A DNA stretch of 64,000 bases from Phycisphaeraceae bacterium (GCA_963674705.1 OY771506.1:288001-352000), one strand, 5' to 3'; shown: positions 26,683 through 36,929, counted from the first letter of the stretch. Program-made: numbers and translations. The notes: generated from the sequence alone by a model not told the origin.

Positions 26683-28083
26683 GTGAAACTGCATTTTCTC
26701 GGCGCGAATCGACAAGTCACCGGCTCACGCTACCTGCTCGAGGCGGCGGGCAAGCGGATCATGATCGACTGCGGCATGTTCCAGGAACGGCGGTTCCAGG
26801 ACCGCAACTACGGCCCCCCGCCGGTCGACCTGAACAGCATCGACTACCTGCTGCTGACCCATGCCCACCTCGACCACTGCGGGCTGATCCCCAAGATGGT
26901 CAAGCACGGATTCAAGGCCCCGATCATCACGATCGATCCGTCGGCTGACCTCGCCGAGATCATCATGCTGGATTCAGCACATATCCAGGAAGAGGATGCC
27001 CGGTACAAAAAGAAACGCCATCAGAAGCAAGGCAAGAAGGCGAAGTTCGGGTATGAGCCTCTGTATACCGGAGAAGATGCGGCCAAGGCCGTCGAACTGT
27101 TCGATCCCTGCGCGTACGGCGAGGCGGTCCACCTCGGCGACGAAATCACCGTCTTCTTCCACGAGGCCGGGCATATCCTCGGCTCGGCATTCATCGAAAT
27201 CACCGTCAAGGAAAACGGCAAGCGGCAGACGCTGATCATGTCAGGCGACATCGGGCAGTGGGACAAGCCGTTGATCAACGACCCGCAACTGTTCGACCGC
27301 GCGGACTACATCGTCATGGAATCAACCTACGGCGACCGGCTGCACAAGGAGTCCGGGCCGATCGAAGATCAGCTTGAAAAGATCGTGAACGATACAGCGG
27401 AGCGCGGTGGGAACATCATCATCCCAACGTTCGCGGTCGAGCGCGCGCAGGAGCTGGTCTACTACATGGGCGTGCTGGCGGACGCCGACCGCATCCCGGA
27501 TATCGGCGTCTACCTCGACAGCCCGATGGCGGTGAAGGTGACGAAGGTGTTCGATCGCTGGTGCAAGTACCTGGAAGAAGAATCACGCTGCGCACCGGGC
27601 GGCGGTGTGGATGTGTTGAAGTTCCCGGGGTTCAAGCTGATCAGCGATACGGCCGACTCGATCGCGCTGAACAGTTTGAAGGGGCCGAACGTGATCATGT
27701 CCAGCTCGGGCATGTGCACGGGCGGACGCATCAAGCACCACCTCAAGCACAACATCACCCGCGCCGATTCGACAGTCGTCTTCGTCGGCTACCAGGCCGA
27801 AGGCACGCTCGGACGCATCCTTTCCAATGGAATCGACAAGGTCCGCATCCACGGCGAAGAATGGCCCGTCCGCGCCAAGATCGCCCACCTGCACGGCCTA
27901 AGCGCCCACGGCGACCGCGACGACCTCTTACGCTGGCTCAGCGCCTGCAAGAAACCGCCGAAGCAACTGTTTCTGACACACGGTGAAGAAAAAAGCGCCA
28001 ATGCGCTGGCAGGTGTGATCAGTAATAAACTTGGGTGGGCGGTGAGTGTGCCGGAGTATGAGGAGGTGGCGGAGTTGGGGTAA
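26683..28083 (+). CDS. MBL-fold beta-CASP hydrolase (Ysh1/RNA-processing family)
   Basis: VTGS, IDCGMFQ, THAHLDHCG, AGHILGS, MESTYG, SSSGMCTGGR, GLSAHGD, THGE. Confidence 0.93.
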   Translation: MKLHFLGANRQVTGSRYLLEAAGKRIMIDCGMFQERRFQDRNYGPPPVDLNSIDYLLLTHAHLDHCGLIPKMVKHGFKAPIITIDPSADLAEIIMLDSAHIQEEDARYKKKRHQKQGKKAKFGYEPLYTGEDAAKAVELFDPCAYGEAVHLGDEITVFFHEAGHILGSAFIEITVKENGKRQTLIMSGDIGQWDKPLINDPQLFDRADYIVMESTYGDRLHKESGPIEDQLEKIVNDTAERGGNIIIPTFAVERAQELVYYMGVLADADRIPDIGVYLDSPMAVKVTKVFDRWCKYLEEESRCAPGGGVDVLKFPGFKLISDTADSIALNSLKGPNVIMSSSGMCTGGRIKHHLKHNITRADSTVVFVGYQAEGTLGRILSNGIDKVRIHGEEWPVRAKIAHLHGLSAHGDRDDLLRWLSACKKPPKQLFLTHGEEKSANALAGVISNKLGWAVSVPEYEEVAELG

Positions 28084-28129
28084 CGCGGCCAAAATGAAGG
28101 TTGCATATCAACACTCACGTTAGATATGT

Positions 28130-28855
28130 CTAGCGGACCTCGCTGCCGTGAGATCCCACGGATGTCTTGCTTTTGAGTGCTTGCTCAATCCAATCAAACG
28201 CCTTGGGATTGTTGAGATAATCCAGTGAGTCGCCTAACAGGTCCGACATGGGTTCGAGCACCGTGACGGGCTTACCGGTCTTCGTACTACGCGTTAGTGC
28301 GGCGAAGTAGATCGCGTGCGTTGCGTTGTCAATCGTGTCTGACCTTAGCACAATCATGTATCCATTCGTGAAGGATTCGTGGCTGTGACTCTTCCCGGTT
28401 GATTGTTCCAGTAACTTACAAAATTCCTCTATTTGGGACGCATCAACAACCTCAACCAGCGGCTTGGAGAAGGCTAAATCCAACTCATCCATCCGCCAAC
28501 CCGGCATGCTGTGGATCTCTATCACAGCGATATCGTCGACTTCAAGATCCCAGAAGTATTGAGCGATAGCCCTTTTACTCAGGCCAGCATAGATGGCTAC
28601 CACACCTAGCAACACAGAAAATGCCAGGAAACTCACCATCAAGATGAGTTTTTGTGTTGGGTGCTCCTCGTCTGGGAAACCCAATGATTGGCATGTGATT
28701 TTGTCACGAAAAATAATTGCGAGAGAAGTACCTATCATCAACAGCAGCGACAGCCCGCCGAATACAACTGGCACTACAACACCGTCGCCAAGTTGATCTG
28801 ATGATGGGAAAACCATAGACAAACAGCATGACATTGTGTGCGGGTGATACTGCAC
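28130..28855 (-). CDS. Hypothetical membrane protein, lower GC than flanks (start uncertain)
   Basis: 241-aa ORF with two hydrophobic helices, filling the gap between convergent genes. Confidence 0.6.
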   Translation of the reverse strand: MQYHPHTMSCCLSMVFPSSDQLGDGVVVPVVFGGLSLLLMIGTSLAIIFRDKITCQSLGFPDEEHPTQKLILMVSFLAFSVLLGVVAIYAGLSKRAIAQYFWDLEVDDIAVIEIHSMPGWRMDELDLAFSKPLVEVVDASQIEEFCKLLEQSTGKSHSHESFTNGYMIVLRSDTIDNATHAIYFAALTRSTKTGKPVTVLEPMSDLLGDSLDYLNNPKAFDWIEQALKSKTSVGSHGSEVR

Positions 28856-28865
28856 GACAGCACCC

Positions 28866-29240
28866 CTACTTAAACGGCTTGACGATCCGTTTCACCTTTT
28901 CACCCACTGACAGGTGTTTCCAGTCAGTGAATTCGCCGGCGTCGAAGAAGGCTCCGCCGCAGGTGGCGCATTGTTCGTACTGGATGTGGGGCTGGTCGGG
29001 CATGGCGATCTTGATGAGTTTGGCGGTACAGCGCGGGCAGTTGATGTCGCGGATGGCGTTCATCTGTTTGCCTTTTTCGGGGTCGCCGGTGTCGATGCGG
29101 TCTTCGCTGCCGCGGATGTCCTTGAGGTGGTCGTGTTCGCGCAGGTCGAACCAGATGCCGTCGCATTGGCCGCAGCAGTCGACCTCGTATTCATCGACCG
29201 AGACCTTGTGCATCGGGCTGTTGCATTTGGGGCAGTTCAT
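28866..29240 (-). CDS. Tandem zf-TFIIB zinc-ribbon protein
   Basis: MNCPKC...CGQCDGIWFD and CPRC...CATCGGAFFDAGE; GGAGG RBS. Confidence 0.88.
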   Translation of the reverse strand: MNCPKCNSPMHKVSVDEYEVDCCGQCDGIWFDLREHDHLKDIRGSEDRIDTGDPEKGKQMNAIRDINCPRCTAKLIKIAMPDQPHIQYEQCATCGGAFFDAGEFTDWKHLSVGEKVKRIVKPFK

Positions 29241-29378
29241 TGTTGGCCTCCAGGAAAAGAAAAGTTGACAGGCTGATTGTATCGCAAGAGCGGGATCGGG
29301 GGTGTCCCGTTTTTGTGTTTAGTATTGATGGGGAGTGCAGAAGTGGAGAAAGGCCTGGAGCCTGTTTCGAGTTGATTT

Positions 29379-29715
29379 TTAGCCACCGATGAACACGGAT
29401 GAACACAGATTAAAGCAAGAAAATGACAGGGGTACCGGATTGATCGCGGTAGGAAGTCAGCAATTGAACAGGTAGCATGATGATCACCCCGCAGGGGTGT
29501 CGGATTGTAGCCACGGGTGAAGCGACGCGTAACCCGTGGAAGATGAGGCGGAAGTTGCGCTTCGCCCCGTAAGGGGTGAAGGGAATACCCCCGCCGCCCC
29601 TGCCGGGGCAGAATAGATATCACTGCGCTACATATCCACGGGTTGCGCTGCGCTTCACCCGTGGCTACATGCCGTTACCCCTTCGGGGCAATTATCCGTG
29701 TTCATCGGTGGCTAA
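29379..29715. repeat. Nested palindromic repeat complex
   Basis: Outer TTAGCCACCGATGAACACGGAT / ATCCGTGTTCATCGGTGGCTAA; inner TGTAGCCACGGGTGAAGCG (29506) / CGCTTCACCCGTGGCTACA (to 29669) with CCCCG..GGGG hairpins. Confidence 0.85.
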
Positions 29716-29743
29716 TTGCCTTCTTTTTCAGAATAGAGTGCAA

Positions 29744-30568
29744 TCAGTTGGTGGATTCGGGGAGGTTGTTTTGTTTGTGGCTGGCGCGGCGGTGGTAGTA
29801 GAGGACGAAGGCGATGAAGATGGGGCTGAGCATCCAGTACTGTTTGAGGAAGAGCGTGATCGGGTTAACGTTGCTGAGCATGGCGAGGAAGGGTAATGCG
29901 AGGATCAGGCCGAGGGTGATGGCGCGTGCGAGGGGTGTGGTGTAGAGGTGCGGGCGGAGGTTGGGGTGTTTTTCGATGATGAGCCAGGCGATGTAGCCGG
30001 CGACGATGCCGAACGCGGCGCCGGCCAGGACGTCGGAGACGTAATGCTTCATGACGGTGAGGCGCATCATGCCGACGAGGCTTGCGAGGGTAAAGAGGAT
30101 GGGCACGATGGCGCGGGAGGCCGGGACCGAAGCGCGGACGACGTAAGGCGTCAGCGCAGTGGCGATCGCGAAGGCGGTGGCGGTGTCGCCTGAGGGGAAG
30201 GAGGATTCGGAGCGTGCGAAGTCGTGCTGAAGCTGCGGCTGCTGCATGATCTCGATGCGCTGCGCGGGGCGGACGCGGCCGGTGATGAACTTGGCGGGTG
30301 TGACCAGCGGGATGATCAACAGCATCGCGATGAGCGCCGCCATCGTCGGGCGCACCTGCCTGGTGATAAGCAGCATGATCAAAAGCAGCCAGATAGAGAG
30401 CCAGGCTTTACCCAGTTCGCGCAGCGGGCTCAGCCACATGTTTTCGTGGAGGGTCGGCTGGTTTTCGAGGAATCTCTGGAACAGCCATTGATCGACGTAC
30501 AGATACGACCCCAGCGCAAGCAGCAGCAAGGCAGTTACCGCGATCAATAAATAGTGGATTGGTTTCAT
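29744..30568 (-). CDS. PAP2-family membrane phosphatase
   Basis: KFITGRVRP, SFPSGD, R....HYVSDVLAG; multiple TM helices. Confidence 0.88.
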   Translation of the reverse strand: MKPIHYLLIAVTALLLLALGSYLYVDQWLFQRFLENQPTLHENMWLSPLRELGKAWLSIWLLLIMLLITRQVRPTMAALIAMLLIIPLVTPAKFITGRVRPAQRIEIMQQPQLQHDFARSESSFPSGDTATAFAIATALTPYVVRASVPASRAIVPILFTLASLVGMMRLTVMKHYVSDVLAGAAFGIVAGYIAWLIIEKHPNLRPHLYTTPLARAITLGLILALPFLAMLSNVNPITLFLKQYWMLSPIFIAFVLYYHRRASHKQNNLPESTN

Positions 30569-30768
30569 GGTACGCCCCCCCGGGTCGTTCAGTCATACTA
30601 GCCGAGTTCCCACTATCAGGATCGGCCCTGCTGGTTGGAAAGTATACGCCAAACGCTGCTGCACGGTTCAGATTACCCTCTGAACAGGTTTCGCTTACGG
30701 ATTTATAACGCAGTGAACATGAAGAGAACATGAACACGGAAGAAGTCGTTTAGTGAGGCAGACCGGGC

Positions 30769-32577
30769 TTAACCGCCCTTCTCGACCGCAAGGATGGTTT
30801 CGCGTTTGCCGTTGGAATAGTTCATCCCGGTGACTTGGCCGAGGATGGAAACGTCCGCGGGTTTGGGGTCGGCCTGCTCGTAGAGGTCCTGCGGGATGAT
30901 GAGCACGGCATGCTGTTTGTCGGCAAACCACTTGGCGACCTGGCCGTGCCCGACATCCTCGATGTGCCTGTCGATGTAGAAGTTGAGCGAAGGTTCGCGG
31001 AAGTCGCAGTAGCCGACGGTTGTATCTTTTGATGTCTCGCTGGTGATAATTTTGGCGATGCGGTATGGCATCTTGGTGCCATCGATCGCGGGCAGGACGG
31101 TAAGCAGGATCACAACCATGGCGGCGGCGAAGGTCTTGATCATGATCGGTGTGCTGCGTGTGGTGTCTTCCTTGAGCTGGTACTTATTCACAAAGAACCC
31201 GCCGGTCAGCATGATGGCTGCGGCGACAGCGCCACCGATGTATCCGAGCATGCCGGTTTGCAGGTAGATGGGCACAGCGACCATGGCGATGGCGAGGCCG
31301 GTGTTGACGGCGCCGAAGAACCATATCCCGCCGCGCAGGAGTTTGCCGTCCCATCGGCTAAGCTCGTTTCGATAGCCGGTGATAAACGCGGCGGTGACGA
31401 TCGCGAGTGCGGGGAACGAAAGGATCATGTAGTGCGGCAGCTTGGTCGCGACGAAGGTCATCAGTACGACAACCGGCAGCGCCCAACCGAGTACCAGTTC
31501 CCTACTGATAGTACCGCCCGATCGGCCGCAGGTTGAAGCGAAGACGGCTGCGGGCATGTGCAGCGACCAGGGGTAGAACGTGAAGATCGGGATGATGAAG
31601 TAGTACGGCAGATACAAGAAGAAGTTGCCGCCGTGCGATTCCATCGGGGAAGCGGATCGGTCGATGACGTGTTTGCCGATACCGAGCCGGAGGAACTCGC
31701 CGTGGGTCGCGTTGTTAGCGGGGATGGCCCAGGCGATGAAGATGCCGCACGCCAGCAGGACCGCGATCAATGCGGGGCCGAAGGTCCGCCAGAATTTGGT
31801 GGGATTATCTGCAGGTTTTGCGATCAGCAGAGTGGTCATCGCCGACGCGTGCATGAGCTTCGCGATGAAGAACATGAAACGGTTGCGCTCGCCGGGTGGC
31901 TCATGCATGATCTGGCTGAGTATTGGACCGGCATTGACTTCGTGGAGTTTGCGCAACCAGAGCACGACGAGCATGATCAGCAGCGGCAGCAGGCCTACCG
32001 GGCCTTTGGCTAAGAGTGCGAAGCCCAGGAAGCAGGCCATGCCGAGTGTACCGAGGATGGTGAGTTTGCCTCGATCGAGCGCGCGGTAGAACAGCCACAG
32101 CGCCCCGATCATCGCGGGCAGGAGGATGGAGTCTGCCGTGGCGGCGGTGCCGATCATGAAGATCAGCAAAGTGGATGCGAGGATGCCGGCCGACCAGAGT
32201 GCTGTACGTTGATCGAACAGGCGTCGTGCGATAAGGAAGGTGAACAGGCAGGAGAAAGCTGTGCCGAAGGCCGCGACGAAGCGGGCGGGCAAGGCATGCG
32301 GGCCGAGGAACTCGAAGGCGCGGACGGGCACGGACATGAGCCAGTAGATCATGATGGGCTTGTCTGGCCGCAGTTCGCCGTTGAAGGTCGGGTAGAGGTA
32401 GTTGCCGGTCTCGACCATTTCGTAGGTTGCGCGGGCAAAGCGGGGCTCGTCACGGTCCCATAATGTCGAGCGTGTGGAGGCGAAGAGGTAGACCGCGATG
32501 ATCGCCAGCAGCATCCATAGCAGCTTGTAGGCGGCCCCCCTGTTTGGTTGAGGGCTCGGGCTGTTGTCGTTGTGCAT
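30769..32577 (-). CDS. ArnT-like (GT39/GT83) membrane glycosyltransferase
   Basis: WDRDEPRFA, RPDKPIMIYW, LLAKGPVG, TKLPHYMI. Confidence 0.88.
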   Translation of the reverse strand: MHNDNSPSPQPNRGAAYKLLWMLLAIIAVYLFASTRSTLWDRDEPRFARATYEMVETGNYLYPTFNGELRPDKPIMIYWLMSVPVRAFEFLGPHALPARFVAAFGTAFSCLFTFLIARRLFDQRTALWSAGILASTLLIFMIGTAATADSILLPAMIGALWLFYRALDRGKLTILGTLGMACFLGFALLAKGPVGLLPLLIMLVVLWLRKLHEVNAGPILSQIMHEPPGERNRFMFFIAKLMHASAMTTLLIAKPADNPTKFWRTFGPALIAVLLACGIFIAWAIPANNATHGEFLRLGIGKHVIDRSASPMESHGGNFFLYLPYYFIIPIFTFYPWSLHMPAAVFASTCGRSGGTISRELVLGWALPVVVLMTFVATKLPHYMILSFPALAIVTAAFITGYRNELSRWDGKLLRGGIWFFGAVNTGLAIAMVAVPIYLQTGMLGYIGGAVAAAIMLTGGFFVNKYQLKEDTTRSTPIMIKTFAAAMVVILLTVLPAIDGTKMPYRIAKIITSETSKDTTVGYCDFREPSLNFYIDRHIEDVGHGQVAKWFADKQHAVLIIPQDLYEQADPKPADVSILGQVTGMNYSNGKRETILAVEKGG

Positions 32578-33386
32578 AGGGCTTACACCGGGTCTGGGAG
32601 GCTGTCAGAGCCCCATCGTAGTGCGTCGCTGCTGTGCTGCCAAAATATGGGGCTGCAGAAGATCGCTTGAAGGTGGCCAATGCGCGTGTTTGCCTGGGGG
32701 TTCTGTTTGTAACGGTTACAACGGTTATGACGCGCAAGCTGTATGGCCGGGATATTTCGAGTCGTGGTTATACCTGGGAGTGTGATGGCCCGGTTAGTGA
32801 TTCAAGCGTGGTATTTTTCGGGGGTGCTGACAGCGGCATATGATGCGTCTGGTCTGTTACGGATCAGCGTGCAGGTAAGCGGTCGACGTTTGATTTTCGT
32901 TGAAAAGCGGCAGGTAAGCGCGGTACAACTGTGCTCTACCAGAACACGACCACACCATACCGGCGATATATTTTTGACGCTGTTTGATGGGTAAATAACA
33001 TCATGGTTAATCAATCTGAAAGGCGCTTCGCCAGCAAACCATGAACGCTCTTGCGTGAATTGGTTAATCGAGTGACTCAGCCATCCGACGGGTTAGTCTG
33101 GAAGTTACTCCGGGACACGCGAGACAACTCTGGCTAGCCTGATGACATGTTAGAACGATCAACGTGACAAGAGATGTGCTCATTCGCGTCGGCCGCTCAG
33201 GGTTGTTGTATAAAGAGCCGAAAAAATAGGTGTCGTAAGTAGTGTTGCACTGGAATCGATGTGGCTGCTTGGGGGCTATATCATCGCGGTATGAAGCGGA
33301 ACAGAATCAACCTCTTCTATGCCAACTGAGCGTTCGTCACAGCCATATCCAATTCAGACGAAACCGACCCGTACGTGCGAGAAGGC

Positions 33387-35621
33387 ATGTCGGTAAACAG
33401 GTCTCACTTTGTCAGAAGTACGTGGGTTGTCGCTGCCGCGATACTGATACTTATCCTGTCGAATGTCTGGCTGACGCACACGCTGACGGAGCAGTACAAG
33501 CAGCGTAGTGAGCAGACGCTATCAAGCCTGTTGAACTCGACACATTCGGGGATCAAGGACTGGCTCAGAATGGAGCAGGCCAGGGCTGTCATCTGGGCGC
33601 GTCGACCGGATGTGATCGAAGCCACCAAAGACCTGCTACAGGAGTCACGTGACCGCGAGTCACTGATGAAAAGTCATACTCAGCAAAGGCTGAGACACAT
33701 CATGAGTCCGGCGATTGATACTTTCAACTACGACGGCTTTATTATCATCGCGCCGGACCACATCAACATCGCATCGATGCGCGACAGTAACACGGGGACA
33801 ATGAACACGCTTGTAAAACAGCCCCGTGTGCTTAAGCAAGTCTGGTCGGGACAAACAGCGGTCAGTGTGCCACAAGAAGCCGAAGTCGAGTTGATTGATG
33901 CCTACGGGCAGTCAGAATCATGCCCGCATACGATGTTTGTACTTGCGCCGATCCGGGGAGATGAGGGCGAAGTCATCGCGGCCCTGGCATTCCGCCTCAG
34001 CATCACGAGCGGGCTGGATATGAAGCTGAAAAACGCGCGGCCGGGTTCATTTGGTAATAGTTATGTCATCGATCGGAACGGTGTTGTCATCGGTCACGGC
34101 GCGGTTGCGGATAAGATATTCATATCAAGTCATATCGACCAGTACATCACTGATACAAAAGATCACGTGATCGCAAAGGACCCGGGCATCAACTTGCTGG
34201 ACGGTGGCACACCGAGATTTGCCCGGGATCGCCAGCCGTTGACACGCATGGCCGCATCTATTGCGGCCGGCCGATCGGGTTCAGATGTCGAAGGGTACCG
34301 CGATCTGCGAGGTGTGCCGGTGCTGGGCGCCTGGCACTGGGATCAGGACCTGGGTTTGGGGATAGCGATAGAGATTGAAAGAAGTAAAGCCTATGCCACA
34401 CTGAATCTGACACGCCGGTCGCTGTCGGTTCTGACGGGGGTGGCGTCGATTTTGTGTATTGTGGGTACCATCATTCTAAGTACTCAAAAACGTCGCATCT
34501 ATAAATCTGAATCTCTCTACCGCAATCTGGTTACCAACCTGCCGGCGGTGACGTATCGGTGCTCGCTTGATGAAAACGAACAGATCGTATTTATCAGTGA
34601 ATACATCCAGGCATTGAGCGGTTATCCGACGACCGACTTCCTGGGCCCCAAGGCCATGCACTATTACGACCTGATCCATCCGGACGACAGGCCGCATGTT
34701 GCATCAACACGTCGCGATGCGATTCAAAACCGTCAACCCTACAGTTATGAATACCGGATTGTGCGAGCTGATGGCGGTACCCGATGGGTGTGGGAACGGG
34801 GCATGGTTGTGCGTGATTGTCAGGATCATCGCGGCCACATCGAGGCGGTGATCACCGACATCACGGACCGTAAAGATTCGGCACGGTTAAGAGACCTGAA
34901 CAAGTCACTGGAAGCCAAGACGAAAGAAGTCGAGCAGTTTACGTACTCGGTTTCGCATGATCTGAAGTCGCCCCTGGCCAGTTGTGTCGGGTTGATAGGT
35001 TGTCTTGAAGAAGACTTGGAGGCGTACGGCCAGCGGTATCCCACGGATCTGATCACGCGGATCAAGAGCAACATGGACCGGATGTCCCGGTGCATCGACG
35101 ACCTGCTGGAACTGACTCGGATCGGGCGTGTGAGGCACGAACCGGTCGTGCTTGACATGGTGCAGATCGCCCGGCAGATCGCAGATGACCTGAGTGTGCA
35201 GGCTATCAAGGTCGGCGCCACGATTGGGATCGCGGAGGACCTGCCTGACGCCTATGCCGACAAAATACGGGTAAGCGAGGTGATCGAGAATCTGCTGAGT
35301 AATGCCTTGAAGTACGGCACGGATAACCCGTCGCCGACGATTACGATCGGCTGGAAGCAAGTGAAGGGTAAGCCCCATTACTTTGTTCGCGACAACGGCA
35401 AGGGCGTGCCTGAATCATTTCAACCGAAAATCTTCAATCTCTTTGAGAAGTACGACAAATCAAATAATGGAACCGGTGTGGGCCTGACGATTGTCAAACG
35501 TATCATCGAGGTCCACGGCGGGGAGATATGGCTTGAATCGGAGCCAGACCGGGGAGCCACCTTCTACTTCAGCCTGCCGCAGGTGTGTAAAAACGAAGTC
35601 CAACTGCACCAAGCTGCTTGA
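33387..35621 (+). CDS. Membrane sensor histidine kinase (periplasmic Cache-like, PAS, HisKA, HATPase)
   Basis: Two TM helices; IHPDDR PAS; SVSHDLKSPL; NLLSNALKY, DNGKG, GTGVGL; no adjacent response regulator. Confidence 0.92.
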   Translation: MSVNRSHFVRSTWVVAAAILILILSNVWLTHTLTEQYKQRSEQTLSSLLNSTHSGIKDWLRMEQARAVIWARRPDVIEATKDLLQESRDRESLMKSHTQQRLRHIMSPAIDTFNYDGFIIIAPDHINIASMRDSNTGTMNTLVKQPRVLKQVWSGQTAVSVPQEAEVELIDAYGQSESCPHTMFVLAPIRGDEGEVIAALAFRLSITSGLDMKLKNARPGSFGNSYVIDRNGVVIGHGAVADKIFISSHIDQYITDTKDHVIAKDPGINLLDGGTPRFARDRQPLTRMAASIAAGRSGSDVEGYRDLRGVPVLGAWHWDQDLGLGIAIEIERSKAYATLNLTRRSLSVLTGVASILCIVGTIILSTQKRRIYKSESLYRNLVTNLPAVTYRCSLDENEQIVFISEYIQALSGYPTTDFLGPKAMHYYDLIHPDDRPHVASTRRDAIQNRQPYSYEYRIVRADGGTRWVWERGMVVRDCQDHRGHIEAVITDITDRKDSARLRDLNKSLEAKTKEVEQFTYSVSHDLKSPLASCVGLIGCLEEDLEAYGQRYPTDLITRIKSNMDRMSRCIDDLLELTRIGRVRHEPVVLDMVQIARQIADDLSVQAIKVGATIGIAEDLPDAYADKIRVSEVIENLLSNALKYGTDNPSPTITIGWKQVKGKPHYFVRDNGKGVPESFQPKIFNLFEKYDKSNNGTGVGLTIVKRIIEVHGGEIWLESEPDRGATFYFSLPQVCKNEVQLHQAA

Positions 35622-35674
35622 ATTTGTGACAGTGGTATCGTGGTATTCATCGATACACGCCAAACAATGTCGAT

Positions 35675-35708
35675 AAAAAAAACACCCCGCTATTACGCGG
35701 GGTGCTTT
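35675..35708 (-). terminator. Intrinsic terminator of the PEP-CTERM gene (possibly bidirectional)
   Basis: A-run-CACCCCGC-loop-GCGGGGTG-CTTT. Confidence 0.8.
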
Positions 35709-35764
35709 CACTAAAAGAAAACAGTGTTTGAGTGACTCACTTATAAATCACTCGCAAAAAGGGC

Positions 35765-36127
35765 TTATTTACGACGACGGCGGACGGCGGTCGCCAAGGC
35801 GCCCAGGCCCAGCATGGACAGGCCGGCGGTCGCCGGTTCGGGCACCGGGTTGTCGCATTGCGGTTCGGGCTGGCAGCCCCAGTCCCAGTCGCAATCCCAA
35901 TCCCAATCACAGTTCCAGTCCCAATCCCAGTCCCAGCCGCAATCCCAATCCCGATCCCGATCACAATCTCGATCACGGTCACGGTCACGATCGCAATCAC
36001 GGTCATTGGTCTGCCTGGACCAGTTGTGATCACGGCTGCCGTGATTGCTGGCCCAGAACGTCGCGTAGCTGGGCGATGCAAAGGCAAAGACAGTGACCAT
36101 CGAAGACAATAAAAGTGCGCGTTTCAT
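35765..36127 (-). CDS. Small PEP-CTERM protein with (Asp-X)n repeat
   Basis: Signal peptide, DRDCDRDR...DWDWDW tract, VPEPATAGLSMLGLGALATAVRRRRK. Confidence 0.9.
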   Translation of the reverse strand: MKRALLLSSMVTVFAFASPSYATFWASNHGSRDHNWSRQTNDRDCDRDRDRDRDCDRDRDWDCGWDWDWDWNCDWDWDCDWDWGCQPEPQCDNPVPEPATAGLSMLGLGALATAVRRRRK

Positions 36128-36337
36128 CAATTCGACTCCCCACTAAGTAAATGTGAAATAAAGACAGTTGAAAACTATGAGTTCAATGGTGCTCTTGTCG
36201 TTGTTTGCACCTGAGGCAAGACTACACCCGCTTGCGGCGGATGCACGTAAGTTCGAGCTTTTGATCAGTGGTGCGTGGGGTCTGTTCCGGTTGCGTAAAA
36301 CAGGTAAACCCGGAGCCGGCCAAATCCGGGCGCAAAG

Positions 36338-36367
36338 AAAAACACCCCGCATCGCTACGGGGTGTTT
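36338..36367 (-). terminator. Intrinsic terminator, paralogous to 35675-35708
   Basis: AAAAACACCCCG-loop-CGGGGTGTTT. Confidence 0.8.
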
Positions 36368-36392
36368 AGAAGGTTATCGGTCTAAGCGGCGA

Positions 36393-36704
36393 TTACTTGC
36401 TGCGACGACGGGTGGCCACGGCCAAGGCGCTCAGGCCCATCAGGCTCAGGCCGGCGGTCGCCGGTTCGGGCACCGGGTTGTCGCAGGGCTCGGGATCGCA
36501 GTCATTCCAGGTCGGCGGGCAGTAGTCGTCTTTCCAGTCGTTGCCCCAATCATTACAGTCATTGGAATCGTTTTGCCACTGGTTCCACTGGCCCCATTGA
36601 TTCCAGCTCTTGGAGCCGCCATAGCCCCAGAAGGTAGCAAAGGAAGGCGTGGCAAAAGACAGTACTGCCACGGCAGCAATCGGTAACAGAAGTTTCTTCA
36701 TCAT
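36393..36704 (-). CDS. Small PEP-CTERM protein, Trp/Asn/Asp/Cys-rich
   Basis: Signal peptide, WNQWGQWNQW, VPEPATAGLSLMGLSALAVATRRRSK. Confidence 0.9.
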   Translation of the reverse strand: MMKKLLLPIAAVAVLSFATPSFATFWGYGGSKSWNQWGQWNQWQNDSNDCNDWGNDWKDDYCPPTWNDCDPEPCDNPVPEPATAGLSLMGLSALAVATRRRSK

Positions 36705-36929
36705 GATGGTGTACCCCACTTGTAAGAGAATAAAATGGTATGAACAAATAACGGCTCGGAGTGAGTTCGTACGGATACCGCAGTAAATCAGTCCGATAAC
36801 AGGTTGCCAAATATACAGAGGAACCGGGGCAATACAAGCCCATTCTGGTACGAATTAACAATTTTCTTGTTTATTTAAATATAAAGATGACATGGTCTTG
36901 TGAAATTGCGAAGATGGGTAATCTGTAAA

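Noticed and set aside
35728..36112. Alternative-frame ORFs (QSQSQS, NPNP, IPIP, GIGIG repeats)
   Set aside because: Shadow frames of the hexamer repeat; only the -35765 frame has an RBS, signal peptide and PEP-CTERM anchor
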